From a bacterium (GTDB lineage Bacteria > Patescibacteriota > Minisyncoccia > Phycocordibacterales > Phycocordibacteraceae), in assembly GCA_021784875.1 (NCBI GenBank), contig JAJYHF010000019.1:1-39257 (forward strand): a stretch of 39,257 nt of DNA, read 5' to 3'. Position 1 is the stretch's first letter; each line of letters starts with the position of its first letter. Made by a program: the position numbers and the translations under genes. This document shows, one piece after another, positions 17,257 to 25,945 of this stretch. The notes beneath the pieces were generated by a model. The model had not been told where the DNA came from and made no database searches. It was given only the letters and a program-made list of their open reading frames with translations.

Positions 17257-18341
17257 TCAAGCGTTACGGTCGAGAGCGGAGGCGTCGAGGAGGCGGAGGG
17301 GACGAAAGCAGCGGTGAAGGGGATGCGCGCAATGAGACGGCCATCAGCGGTCTCGACGTCGACACGCCAGGAACCCGCCTCGTTTATAGGCATCGTGGAG
17401 TAGCCGAGGTAGCCGCTCGCGCGGCCGCCGGTGATCGGATAGGTGATAACCGCTTCCGTTACCCAGCCCCTCCCGCTCCCGTCATACCATTCCCAGCGGT
17501 GTGTGATGGCCGCATGAAGCGCCGCCGGCGCGAAGACGGCGCTGAAAGCCGAGAGCGAACTTCCCCGCATGAGGTGCTCGGTCGGCGTGAAGCCGAGCCA
17601 ACGCACCGTCCAGGGCTCAGCCTCTGCAGTCCCGATATACGCGCCCGGAACGCGCTCAACGCTATGATAGATGCCGGCTGCTGGCGCGGTTACCGGCAGG
17701 GGCGGCAGGATGCTGGTGAAATAGAAGAGATTCATCACCGCGAGTACGCCGAGCGCTCCCGCGCGGATCCGCCAGACGTCGGCACGGAAGCGCTCCCGCG
17801 CGAGACGACGCAGGAGCATCGTGAAGAGCGTGAAGACGCCGACCGCGACGAGTCCGCTCCCGATGAAGGTCATCGTGCCGATCGTATGCGTATAGATCGG
17901 GAGCGAGAAGATGGCTGCTGAATAAAGCGCGAGGAAGAAGAGGATGCTCGTGAAGACGAGGCGAGCGTGATACTTATGGAAATATTCGCTCCCGACGAAG
18001 ACGAGGAACAGGAGCAGGAGGAACGGCCACGATGCGCTCCAGACTGCCGCACGAGCATAGAAGATGACGAACGCGCTCCAGAAGCCGCCGAGCGCGAATT
18101 GCGTCACGAACCGCAGGATGACGCGAGAGCGCGGAGGCACAGGACGCGACTCGAGATGATGGAGCCACGGGATCGAGACGAAGCACGCGAGCGAGTAGCC
18201 TGCCAGGAGCAGCTGGGTCTGGAAGATATCCACCCGCTTGAAGAGGAGGTTGTCGGCGATGAAGCCGGCCACCATCGCAAGCGCCGAAAGGTGCCGCTCG
18301 TACCGGCGCACCCAGGCGAAGAACCGTGCAAGCCCCGACAT
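17253..18341 (-). CDS. membrane protein with C-terminal soluble domain (DUF2914-like, tentative)
   Basis: 362-aa ORF with a polytopic N-terminus and a beta-rich C-terminus. The family call is from memory only. The ATG lies 1 nt downstream of the tRNA-Phe 3' end. Confidence 0.5.
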   Translation of the reverse strand: MSGLARFFAWVRRYERHLSALAMVAGFIADNLLFKRVDIFQTQLLLAGYSLACFVSIPWLHHLESRPVPPRSRVILRFVTQFALGGFWSAFVIFYARAAVWSASWPFLLLLFLVFVGSEYFHKYHARLVFTSILFFLALYSAAIFSLPIYTHTIGTMTFIGSGLVAVGVFTLFTMLLRRLARERFRADVWRIRAGALGVLAVMNLFYFTSILPPLPVTAPAAGIYHSVERVPGAYIGTAEAEPWTVRWLGFTPTEHLMRGSSLSAFSAVFAPAALHAAITHRWEWYDGSGRGWVTEAVITYPITGGRASGYLGYSTMPINEAGSWRVDVETADGRLIARIPFTAAFVPSASSTPPLSTVTLD

Positions 18342-18342
18342 G

Positions 18343-18415
18343 TGCTTGGGGTCGGGATCGAACCGACGACCCTTCCCTCTTCAGGGGAATGCTCTACCAA
18401 CTGAGCTACCCAAGC
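18343..18415 (-). tRNA. tRNA-Phe (anticodon GAA)
   Basis: Minus-strand cloverleaf: GCTTGGG/CCCAAGC acceptor, anticodon loop CTGAAGA, GTCGG-TTCGATC-CCGAC T arm, discriminator A followed by CA. Confidence 0.9.
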
Positions 18416-18429
18416 TTATATTTATTTGC

Positions 18430-18723
18430 TTACTTACCACCCTTGAGGAAGTTTATCAGCTTTTGTGCCTCAGAGGAAGTCGGCAGGCCGAAGAGGTTGG
18501 TCGTGGTCGTCGCGGAGAGGCCGGAGACTGCCGAGACCTTTTGGATGATCGGCGCGAGATACTGCTGATAGAGGAAGAGCGGGAGGGCGAGCACGAGGAC
18601 CCAGATGACGATCGAGCCGAGCGTGCTTAAGAATTGGCTCCGCCGGACTGAGCGCAGCATCTTGTGATTGTCGCGCACGAGCGCGTGTATCTCGTCGAGC
18701 TCCTTTCGCAGGTCGGGATCCAT
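18430..18723 (-). CDS. small hypothetical membrane protein
   Basis: 97-aa ORF with one central TM segment (LSTLGSIVIWVLVLALPLFLY). TGgTATACT (18732-18740, minus strand) lies 8 nt upstream of the ATG. Confidence 0.45.
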   Translation of the reverse strand: MDPDLRKELDEIHALVRDNHKMLRSVRRSQFLSTLGSIVIWVLVLALPLFLYQQYLAPIIQKVSAVSGLSATTTTNLFGLPTSSEAQKLINFLKGGK

Positions 18724-18743
18724 GTGCCCTTAGTATACCATTG

Positions 18744-18815
18744 TGCCCTTGCCAGGAATCGGACCTGGATTACCACGTTAGGAGTGTGGAGTTCTATCCG
18801 TTGAACTACAAGGGC
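18744..18815 (-). tRNA. tRNA-Arg (anticodon CCT), atypical T-loop
   Basis: GCCCTTG/CAAGGGC acceptor, anticodon loop CTCCTAA. The T arm is CCAGG-TCCGATT-CCTGG, with C where U55 is expected. One A-C mismatch in the anticodon stem. Confidence 0.75.
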
Positions 18816-18826
18816 CAAGCGAGGCT

Positions 18827-18856
18827 AAAAGAACGTTAGTAATCTAACATTCTTTT
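18827..18856 (-). terminator. AT-rich hairpin between the glutaredoxin-like gene and tRNA-Arg
   Basis: AAAAGAACGTTAG-taat-CTAACATTCTTTT, 13-bp arms with one mismatch. A and T runs are built into the arms. Confidence 0.4.
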
Positions 18857-18905
18857 ACGCCGAGCGCGCCCGCGTATCGAGTCTGCGAAGATAAAGGCGC
18901 GCGCA

Positions 18906-19145
18906 CTACGCGAGGTCGAGCAGGCTCGCGATGCGCTCCTGGTCGAAGCCGACGATAAGGTCGTCGCCGATAATGATGACCGGCACGCCCATCTGGCCGG
19001 ACCGCCGGATCATTTCTTGGCGCTTCTCGAGGTCGGAGAGGACGTCATGCTCGGTGTAAGCAACGCCGTTCGCCTCGAAGAAATCCTTCGCCATATGGCA
19101 GAAGTGGCAGGTCGGAGTCGTATAGATGGTGACGATTTTATCCAT
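18906..19145 (-). CDS. glutaredoxin/NrdH-like redoxin
   Basis: 79-aa ORF with a CHFC active site after the first beta strand (IYTTPTCHFCHMAK) and GVPVIIIGDDLIVGFD. Confidence 0.8.
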   Translation of the reverse strand: MDKIVTIYTTPTCHFCHMAKDFFEANGVAYTEHDVLSDLEKRQEMIRRSGQMGVPVIIIGDDLIVGFDQERIASLLDLA

Positions 19146-19189
19146 AATATTTCTTGGTTACCTGGACAGTATACCACACCGAGATTTTG

Positions 19190-19260
19190 TGCGGAATGCG
19201 AGAATCGAACTCGCGCCACCTGCTTGGGAAGCAGAAGTTCTACCACTAAACTAATTCCGC
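19190..19260 (-). tRNA. tRNA-Gly (anticodon CCC)
   Basis: GCGGAAT/ATTCCGC acceptor, anticodon loop TTCCCAA, GCGAG-TTCGATT-CTCGC T arm, discriminator A followed by CA. Confidence 0.9.
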
Positions 19261-19264
19261 AAAA

Positions 19265-19603
19265 TTAAAACCAACTCAGGATGCGCCGCCACCAGGACGG
19301 CGTCGCGGTCGGCGTCGTCGTCGCGGGCGGTACCACCACGATAACCTCTTCTCCCCGTCGCGCAACCCCGAAGGCCGTCCGGATCGCCGCGTCCTCTCCG
19401 CGCGGCGTCGCGAGAGCGTCGAGGTTCGCCTGGAGCACGCTCTTCCGCGCCTCGAGCGCCTGGTACTGGCTCTTCGCGTCGTTCGCTTCGCGGATCGCCA
19501 CCTGTGCCTTGCCTGTCAGGCCCCAGATGAGCGAGACGAGCCAGGCCACGACCAGGAGAAGGAATCCGATGACGATGCCTCGCCTGATCTGCTTGCCGCG
19601 CAT
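19265..19603 (-). CDS. FtsB/DivIC-like septum formation initiator
   Basis: N-terminal TM, short coiled coil, then IRTAFGVARRGEEVIVV, which resembles the FtsB/DivIC C-terminus. TATACT lies 6 nt upstream of the ATG. Confidence 0.55.
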   Translation of the reverse strand: MRGKQIRRGIVIGFLLLVVAWLVSLIWGLTGKAQVAIREANDAKSQYQALEARKSVLQANLDALATPRGEDAAIRTAFGVARRGEEVIVVVPPATTTPTATPSWWRRILSWF

Positions 19604-19620
19604 GGCTCCAGTATACCTCC

Positions 19621-21414
19621 CTATTCACCAGAGGAACGAACCATCTTCATGAACACCTCCTCCGGGATACGCACCCGCCCCTTCCCTTGTTCGAGGAGTT
19701 TCTTCTTGCCCTTCTTCTGCTTGTCGAGGAGCTTGTTCTTGCGCGTCACGTCGCCGCCATAGAGATAGCCGGTGACGTCCTTACGCATCGCGGAGAGCGT
19801 CCGAGAGGAAATGATGCGTCCGAGAGCGCGTGCTTGGATCTTGGTGACGAAGAGCTGTTTGGGCAGGATTGCATGGAGTTTCTCGACCGCCTTCTCAGCT
19901 TCCTCTTCGAGTCGCCGCCGGGCGACCACGCGAGCGAACGCCGGAACCGGCTCTTCGGCGACGAGGATGTCGAGACGCGCCACATCCGCCGGCCGCTCAG
20001 GCAGGATCTCATAGGAGAGCGACGCATAGCCGGAGGAGATGTTCTTCAATGTGTCGAAGAAGCCGCGCATGAGCTCCCGCAGAGGCATCTCGACCATCAT
20101 CTCGACGCGGCCGTCCGCATAGGTCTCGGTCGCGAGCGTGACGGCCTCGTGCGCGTGGAGAAGCCGGACGAGTGCGCTCACCGTCTCGGGCGGCGTAATG
20201 ATGACGACCTTCGCCCAAGGTTCCTCGACCTTCATGATGTCGCCATGCTCAGGAAACTTGGCCGGCGTGTAGACGGTTTCGCGAGTTCCGTTCGTCTTCG
20301 TGACGATATACGAGATGGTCGGGATGGTGACGACGAGGGCGAGACCGAACTCGCGTTTCAACCGTTCGGTGACGATCTCGAGATGAAGGAGACCTAAGAA
20401 ACCGCAGCGGAATCCGCGCCCGAGTACGCCCGAGGATTCCTCTTCGAACGAGAGCGAGGAATCGGAGAGACGCAGACGTTCGAGCGCCTGACGCAGCTGC
20501 GGCAGGTCATCCTGACTCTCCGGGTACACGCTCGCCCAGACGACCGGGCGCGGGCGTTCATAGCCCGGCAAGGGCGGCAACGTACCGCCGGCGAGGCCGA
20601 CCGTGTCGCCTACCGCGACGACGCCCGGCTCCTTGATGCCGGTGACGACATAGCCGATCTCGCCCGCGGAGAGCGATTCGGCGGGCGTCTCATCAGGCGC
20701 GAAGATGCCCGCTTCGAGTGCCGTAAACGTCTTCCCTGCCGCGCGGAAGACGAGCGGCTCGCCCTTGCGAAAGATACCGTCGAAAACGCGCAGATAGACG
20801 GTGACGCCGCGGTGCGTCGAGTAGGAGAAGTCGAAGACGAGTCCGCGAGGCTCGCTCGAGGACTCGCTCGCCCGGGGCGGAGGCACTTTCCCGACGATCG
20901 TCTTGAGAAGCTCATCCACACCCTGCCCCGTCTTCCCTGAGACGGCAAGGACCTCTTCCGCCTCTATGCCAAGCAGGTCCGCGAGCTCGGCCGAGACCTC
21001 CGCAGCGCGCGCAGCGGGCGCATCGATCTTCGACACGACGGGAATCACGACGCAGCCCTGTGCGCGCGCCGCGGCGAGCGTCGTCAGGGTCTGCGCCTGC
21101 ACACCCTGCGTCGAATCGACAAGCAGGATGACGCCCTCGACCGCCTTCAGAGCGCGCGAGACTTCATAGGAGAAATCGATGTGGCCGGGGGTGTCGATGA
21201 GGTTCAGGATGTAATCCCCATAACGCATCCTGACGGGCTGCATCTTGATGGTGATACCCCGCTCGCGCTCGAGATCCATCCGGTCGAGTACCTGGTCGCG
21301 CATCTTACGCTCCGGGATCGTACCCGTGCGTTCGAGCATACGGTCAGCCAACGTCGACTTGCCATGGTCGACGTGAGCGATGATGGAAAAGTTGCGGATA
21401 TGGTCCTGGTTCAT
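19621..21414 (-). CDS. lepA: elongation factor 4 (LepA)
   Basis: [15 protein letters not shown] and LIDTPGHIDFSYEVSR GTPase motifs, with a LepA-type C-terminal domain. 597 aa. Confidence 0.95.
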   Translation of the reverse strand: MNQDHIRNFSIIAHVDHGKSTLADRMLERTGTIPERKMRDQVLDRMDLERERGITIKMQPVRMRYGDYILNLIDTPGHIDFSYEVSRALKAVEGVILLVDSTQGVQAQTLTTLAAARAQGCVVIPVVSKIDAPAARAAEVSAELADLLGIEAEEVLAVSGKTGQGVDELLKTIVGKVPPPRASESSSEPRGLVFDFSYSTHRGVTVYLRVFDGIFRKGEPLVFRAAGKTFTALEAGIFAPDETPAESLSAGEIGYVVTGIKEPGVVAVGDTVGLAGGTLPPLPGYERPRPVVWASVYPESQDDLPQLRQALERLRLSDSSLSFEEESSGVLGRGFRCGFLGLLHLEIVTERLKREFGLALVVTIPTISYIVTKTNGTRETVYTPAKFPEHGDIMKVEEPWAKVVIITPPETVSALVRLLHAHEAVTLATETYADGRVEMMVEMPLRELMRGFFDTLKNISSGYASLSYEILPERPADVARLDILVAEEPVPAFARVVARRRLEEEAEKAVEKLHAILPKQLFVTKIQARALGRIISSRTLSAMRKDVTGYLYGGDVTRKNKLLDKQKKGKKKLLEQGKGRVRIPEEVFMKMVRSSGE

Positions 21415-21416
21415 GG

Positions 21417-23093
21417 CTATAGAAGGTCCTCGCCGGAAGGTTTCAGAACATTAGCGCCGCCGCAACGTTCGCGCCAGAGCCGCTCGGCCGCAGCCACCAT
21501 CGTCCGGAACTCCTCATTGCCGAGCAGATGAAGCGTGATTGCCGCGGCGGCGAGACCAGCGACGCCGGCGGCAAGGCCCTGTGACAGGACGGCGAGCGAA
21601 GTCGTCAAAGGCGCGATGCCGCCCATGAATGAGAGGACGACATACGCGACCGCTCCGCCCGCAATACCGGCGGCGAGACCGTCACGCGCCGGCAAGAGAA
21701 GCGCTCTTGCGAGGCCGGGTGCCGTTTTCCGCAGGACGACAATCGAGAGTCCAACGAGGAAGAACTGCCCGACCACGTTCGCGAGAGCGAGCAGGAGGAT
21801 GTTCGTGCCGGGGACATCGGAAACCCGCAGGAGTGCCGCGAGCGGCGCGGCGAAACGGTCGGCGGGCAGGATGAGGAAGAGGGACGCGAGCCCGATGGTA
21901 AGCACGGCCGTGGCGAGCTGATACGCGAGCGGCCACCAGGACTGCCGGATCGCGTAGAGCGCACGGGAGAAAAGGAGCTCGAGCGCGTCGACGACAAGAC
22001 CGACCATGGCGATGGCGAGCAGGGCTGCCGTGAGACGCGTCGCGTCCCAGCCGAAGGCACCCGAGCCGAGGATGACGCGGACGATATGCGCGCGCAAGAC
22101 GGCGACCAGCCCGAGCGCGACAAGCGACCAGATGATGATGTGCCGCGCGGCCGTCGAGAGAATGCCGGTGAACTCGGCACGATCCTCCTTCTCCCCCGCC
22201 TCCGAGAGCGCCGGGAATGCCGCGACCGAATAGGAGGAGCCGATGAGCGCGAGCGGGACCGCCTCGAGGTTGCCGGCGAGGGTGAAGACGGAGATATCGC
22301 CCGTGGCGAGCCTCGAGGCTATGGCCGTCAAGGCGAGGAGCGTGAAGGAGTTGACGGAGAGCGCGAGCGAGCGCGGCACCGAGTTGCGCACGATCGGCAC
22401 CATACGCTTCATCGTCGGGAGCGAGAAGCGCGGGAAGACGCCCGCCTTCACGACGACCGGGATGTGCACCGCGAGGTAGCCGATCGCTCCGAGGACGACG
22501 CCGATGCCGATACCCGACAAACCGAAGATCGGGTAGAGCGCGACGGTGCCGAGGATGATGCCGAGGTTGTAGAGGACCGGCGAAACCGCGAAGAGCAGGA
22601 AGCGCCGATGCACCTGCGTCACGCTCGAGATGACGCCGGAAAGGCCGAGCAGGATCGGCTGGATGAGGAGGATGCGCGCAAGAAGGATGAAACTGCTGTA
22701 CTGGGCCGATGCGGCGAAATCCGGATAGAGAAACGTGAGGAGCTGCGGCATGAAGATCGCGAGGACGACGCAGATCGCGCCTCCCGCTCCGAGGAGGAAC
22801 GTCGCGGATTCGGAGAGAAGCTCGCGCGTCTTCTCCCGGTCCAGGTTCGTGATGTACGGGATAATGACGTAAGCCGAGACGAGCGAGGAGACGAGCGCGA
22901 AGACGATGTCCGGCATACGGAATGCCGCGTAGTAGAGGTCGAGCGTCCGCCCTGCGCCGAAAACGTGCGCGAAGGTACGGTCGCGCACGAGAGCGAGCAC
23001 CTGCGACGCGAGCGTGAGCGCAGCCAACAGATACGCGGCCTGATGTAAGCCGCGTATCGGTGCCGCGATGCGTCCGAGAATCCGCCGAACCAT
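21417..23093 (-). CDS. murJ: lipid II flippase MurJ (MviN family)
   Basis: 558-aa ORF of ~14 TM. The N-terminus LASQVLALVRDRTFAHVFGAGRTLDLYYAAFRMPD is typical of MurJ. Confidence 0.85.
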   Translation of the reverse strand: MVRRILGRIAAPIRGLHQAAYLLAALTLASQVLALVRDRTFAHVFGAGRTLDLYYAAFRMPDIVFALVSSLVSAYVIIPYITNLDREKTRELLSESATFLLGAGGAICVVLAIFMPQLLTFLYPDFAASAQYSSFILLARILLIQPILLGLSGVISSVTQVHRRFLLFAVSPVLYNLGIILGTVALYPIFGLSGIGIGVVLGAIGYLAVHIPVVVKAGVFPRFSLPTMKRMVPIVRNSVPRSLALSVNSFTLLALTAIASRLATGDISVFTLAGNLEAVPLALIGSSYSVAAFPALSEAGEKEDRAEFTGILSTAARHIIIWSLVALGLVAVLRAHIVRVILGSGAFGWDATRLTAALLAIAMVGLVVDALELLFSRALYAIRQSWWPLAYQLATAVLTIGLASLFLILPADRFAAPLAALLRVSDVPGTNILLLALANVVGQFFLVGLSIVVLRKTAPGLARALLLPARDGLAAGIAGGAVAYVVLSFMGGIAPLTTSLAVLSQGLAAGVAGLAAAAITLHLLGNEEFRTMVAAAERLWRERCGGANVLKPSGEDLL

Positions 23094-23141
23094 TGCTCCA
23101 TGATACTACGCCTACGACCTTCCTCCCTAAACATTTTCTTG

Positions 23142-23150
23142 TGGTATAAT
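23142..23150 (+). promoter_or_regulatory. extended -10 box TGgTATAAT for RNase P RNA
   Basis: TATAAT at 23145-23150. The first base of the P1 helix (23157) is 6-7 nt downstream. Confidence 0.5.
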
Positions 23151-23156
23151 GTGAAC

Positions 23157-23437
23157 GGACTGGGCTAGGCGATCGCTCTGCTAAACATTGCGGAGAGGAA
23201 AGTCCGGACACGGGCTCCGAAAGGAGCAGCAAGGTAGCGGGTAACGCCCGCACGCCGTGAGGCGCGAGGTGCGAACAGAAACGACCCGGTTAAGTCCGGC
23301 TGAAACGGCTAAATCCTTACCCCCGTGCAAGGCCGTGCCCCGAGAGCAATCGAGGGGAGAGCTGCTTGAGGCGCCGAGTGATCGTCGCCCTAGATACATG
23401 GTCGTCCACGACAGAATCCGGCTTATCGGCCCGGTCC
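23157..23437 (+). ncRNA. rnpB: RNase P RNA (bacterial type), compact ~281 nt
   Basis: GAGGAAAGTCCGGAC (P4 5' strand) and ACAGAATCCGGCTTA (P4 3' strand). The ends pair as GGACTGGGC / GCCCGGTCC (P1). End coordinates are approximate. Confidence 0.85.
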
Positions 23438-23450
23438 AAACAGCATGCAT

Positions 23451-23485
23451 CCGCCCGCGCGTTACGCGCGGGCGGTGCGTTTATA
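23451..23485 (+). terminator. hairpin terminator after rnpB
   Basis: CCGCCCGCGCG-tta-CGCGCGGGCGG, an 11-bp stem, followed by TGCGTTTATAT. It abuts the recG TATAAT box (23486-23491). Confidence 0.55.
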
Positions 23486-23499
23486 TATAATGGAAACGC

Positions 23500-25644
23500 A
23501 TGCATCCCGAAGATCCTGTCGAGCGCCACTTCCTGCGCCTGAAGCCGGAACAGAAGCGCGCCCTGAAGAAGCTCGGCATCCACGCCGTTCGCGACCTGCT
23601 CTACCACTTCCCTTCGCGATATGAACGCTCAGGACCTTCGGCTACGATCGCGGGCATCGCGCCAGGCGCCGAAGTGACGCTCTTCGGCACGGTGCGCAAG
23701 CCAGACATCCGTAAGACCTGGAAGAGCCGCCGCCCCGTCGCCGAAGCCTGGCTTGAGGACGCGACCGGCCGCATCAAGATGATGTGGTTCTCGCAGCCCT
23801 ACATCGCCAAGACGCTCTTCGACGGCATGCAGGCCAAAGTGAGCGGTCGCGTCGCCGGCGAGGGTGCGAAGACGTATCTCGCGAATCCTTCGATCGAGAA
23901 AGCGAGTATCGCGCCAGAGACCGCACACGAAACGCTTTTTAATAACGCATCACCTCAGAGTGCCGATATGGAATGGCACCCCGTCTACCCGGAGAGCAGA
24001 GGACTCTCCTCGCTCTGGCTCGCGCACGCGGTCAAGAAGGCCTTCGAGGCGGGCGTCCATGAGCGGATGGAGGATCCGATTCCTACCGATATCCTCGCGC
24101 GCTACAAGCTTCCCTCACTCGCCCCGGCGCTTATCTTCATCCACGCGCCGCAGAAAAAGCCGGATGCCGAGGCGGCGAAGAAGCGCTTCGCTTTCGAAGA
24201 GATCTTCGCCCTCCAGGTCGCGCTCCAGAAGCGCCGCCGCGAGCTCCTCACCGAACGCGCCCTGCCGGTCTCGGTCGATCGCACCGCGCTCGATGACTTC
24301 ATCGCATCCTTCCCCTTCCCGCCCACGACCGCGCAGCAGAAGGCGATCGATGCGATCGCCGCCGACTTTGCGCGCCCGCACCCGATGATGCGCCTCCTCG
24401 AAGGGGATGTCGGGAGCGGCAAGACGGCCGTCGCCGCCGCGACCGCGTACCTCGTCGCGCATTCCGACCTCCAGGTCGCCTACCTCGTCCCGACCGAGAT
24501 CCTCGCAAAGCAGCACTTCTCGACCTTCGTCGCCTATTTTAAGAATCACCCGATCCCGATCGGCCTCATCACGGGGAATGAATGTCGCGTCTTTCCCTCC
24601 CGTGTCCGTTACGAAGAGTCCGCCAAACTCTCGCGCACGACCTTCAGGAAGCGCGTTGCCGACGGCCTCATCCCGATCGTCATCGGCACGCACGCGCTCG
24701 TCGAGCAGTCACTCGCGTTCAAACGCCTCGCCTACGCCATCATCGACGAGCAGCACCGCTTTGGCACCGCGCACCGTCAGCGGCTCGCGACGAAGGGCGA
24801 CGCGACTCCTCATCTCTTATCGATGACCGCGACGCCCATCCCGCGCACGCTCGCTCTCACCCTCTATGGCGACCTCGACCTCACGCTCCTCGATGAGATG
24901 CCGAGCGGACGCAAGCGCATCATCACCGAAATCCTCGGACCGAAGGAACGCGAGCGTGCCTATGAACGCATCCACACCGAACTCGCAACAGGCCGCCAAG
25001 CCTACGTCATCTGCCCGCGCATCGACGAGCCCGATCCGGCGAAAGAACTCGCCCTCCAAGCGAAGAGCGTGAAGGCTGAAGCGGCACGACTGAAGAAAGA
25101 AGTCTTCCCCGACGCCTCGATCGGCATCCTGCACAGCAAGATGAAGCCGCAAGAGAAGGAAGCGGCGATGAACGATTTCGAGAACGGCGAGACGCAGATC
25201 CTCGTCGCAACCTCCGTCGTCGAGGTCGGCGTGAACGTCCCCGACGCGACCGTCATCCTCATCGAGGGCGCCGAGCGCTTCGGCCTCGCCCAGCTCCATC
25301 AGCTGCGCGGCCGCGTGATCCGCTCGACGCATCAGGCGTACTGCTTCGCGCTTCCTGAATCCTTCGGCCCCGCGACCAAGGAACGCATGAAGGCGTTCAA
25401 GGAGGCGAAGAACGGCTTCGAGCTCGCAGAACACGACCTTCAGCTCCGCGGCGCGGGCGAGCTCGCGGGCTCCAGGCAGTGGGGCATCTCCGACCTCGCG
25501 ATGGAAGCATTGAAGAATATGAAGCTCGTCGAAGCCGCCCGCGCAGAAGCCGCCGCCCTCGTCTTGAACGACCCCGAATTAAAAAACCACCCCGCCCTCG
25601 CCTCCCGCGCCCGCACCGCCGACCAGGAAGTGCATCTGGAGTAA
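23500..25644 (+). CDS. recG: ATP-dependent DNA helicase RecG
   Basis: Wedge-domain N-terminus, Walker A LLEGDVGSGKTAVAA, AIIDEQHRFG, QLHQLRGRVIR. TATAAT lies 8 nt upstream of the ATG. Confidence 0.9.
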   Translation: MHPEDPVERHFLRLKPEQKRALKKLGIHAVRDLLYHFPSRYERSGPSATIAGIAPGAEVTLFGTVRKPDIRKTWKSRRPVAEAWLEDATGRIKMMWFSQPYIAKTLFDGMQAKVSGRVAGEGAKTYLANPSIEKASIAPETAHETLFNNASPQSADMEWHPVYPESRGLSSLWLAHAVKKAFEAGVHERMEDPIPTDILARYKLPSLAPALIFIHAPQKKPDAEAAKKRFAFEEIFALQVALQKRRRELLTERALPVSVDRTALDDFIASFPFPPTTAQQKAIDAIAADFARPHPMMRLLEGDVGSGKTAVAAATAYLVAHSDLQVAYLVPTEILAKQHFSTFVAYFKNHPIPIGLITGNECRVFPSRVRYEESAKLSRTTFRKRVADGLIPIVIGTHALVEQSLAFKRLAYAIIDEQHRFGTAHRQRLATKGDATPHLLSMTATPIPRTLALTLYGDLDLTLLDEMPSGRKRIITEILGPKERERAYERIHTELATGRQAYVICPRIDEPDPAKELALQAKSVKAEAARLKKEVFPDASIGILHSKMKPQEKEAAMNDFENGETQILVATSVVEVGVNVPDATVILIEGAERFGLAQLHQLRGRVIRSTHQAYCFALPESFGPATKERMKAFKEAKNGFELAEHDLQLRGAGELAGSRQWGISDLAMEALKNMKLVEAARAEAAALVLNDPELKNHPALASRARTADQEVHLE

Positions 25645-25859
25645 TCTATTCTGCTACTTCTTTCCCTTTGTCCCTCTCCCCAACAAATTTCTTCACCTCG
25701 TCATATCTCAGTTGTTTTGGCCACACCGAACTTCCATTTAACCGTCTTTGGCGTCTTCGACCTTTTCGATCCTTCGATACTCATGGGCGCAGAATACCAT
25801 ATCTTCGACCACTCTCTTTGGACTCGAATCAAGAGCCACGGAAGCAGCCGCATCTTTTG

Positions 25860-25932
25860 TGCGCGCGCCAGGACTCGAACCTGGACATCGGACGTGTATA
25901 AGACGTCTGCTTTACCATTAAGCTACGCGCGC
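25860..25932 (-). tRNA. tRNA with anticodon UAU (candidate tRNA-Ile2-UAU)
   Basis: GCGCGCG/CGCGCGC acceptor, GCTT-AATGGTA-AAGC D arm, perfect GACGT/ACGTC anticodon stem with loop CTTATAC, CCAGG-TTCGAGT-CCTGG T arm. The variable region looks 6 nt long by my parse. Confidence 0.7.
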
Positions 25933-25945
25933 TTCCCCTCTGGAA

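Noticed and set aside
21682-23253. 523-aa alternative-frame ORF overlapping murJ and running into the RNase P RNA gene
   Set aside because: It is Arg/Pro-rich and overlaps both a well-supported membrane protein frame and a structural RNA. No independent start signal.
25816-25836. T-loop-like string (minus strand GATTCGAGTCC) in the spacer downstream of tRNA(UAU), considered as a duplicated tRNA 3' end (att site) or a pseudo-tRNA
   Set aside because: Only about 9 nt (TTCGAGTCC) match the tRNA T arm. I could fold no acceptor or anticodon arm around it. The match is compatible with chance.
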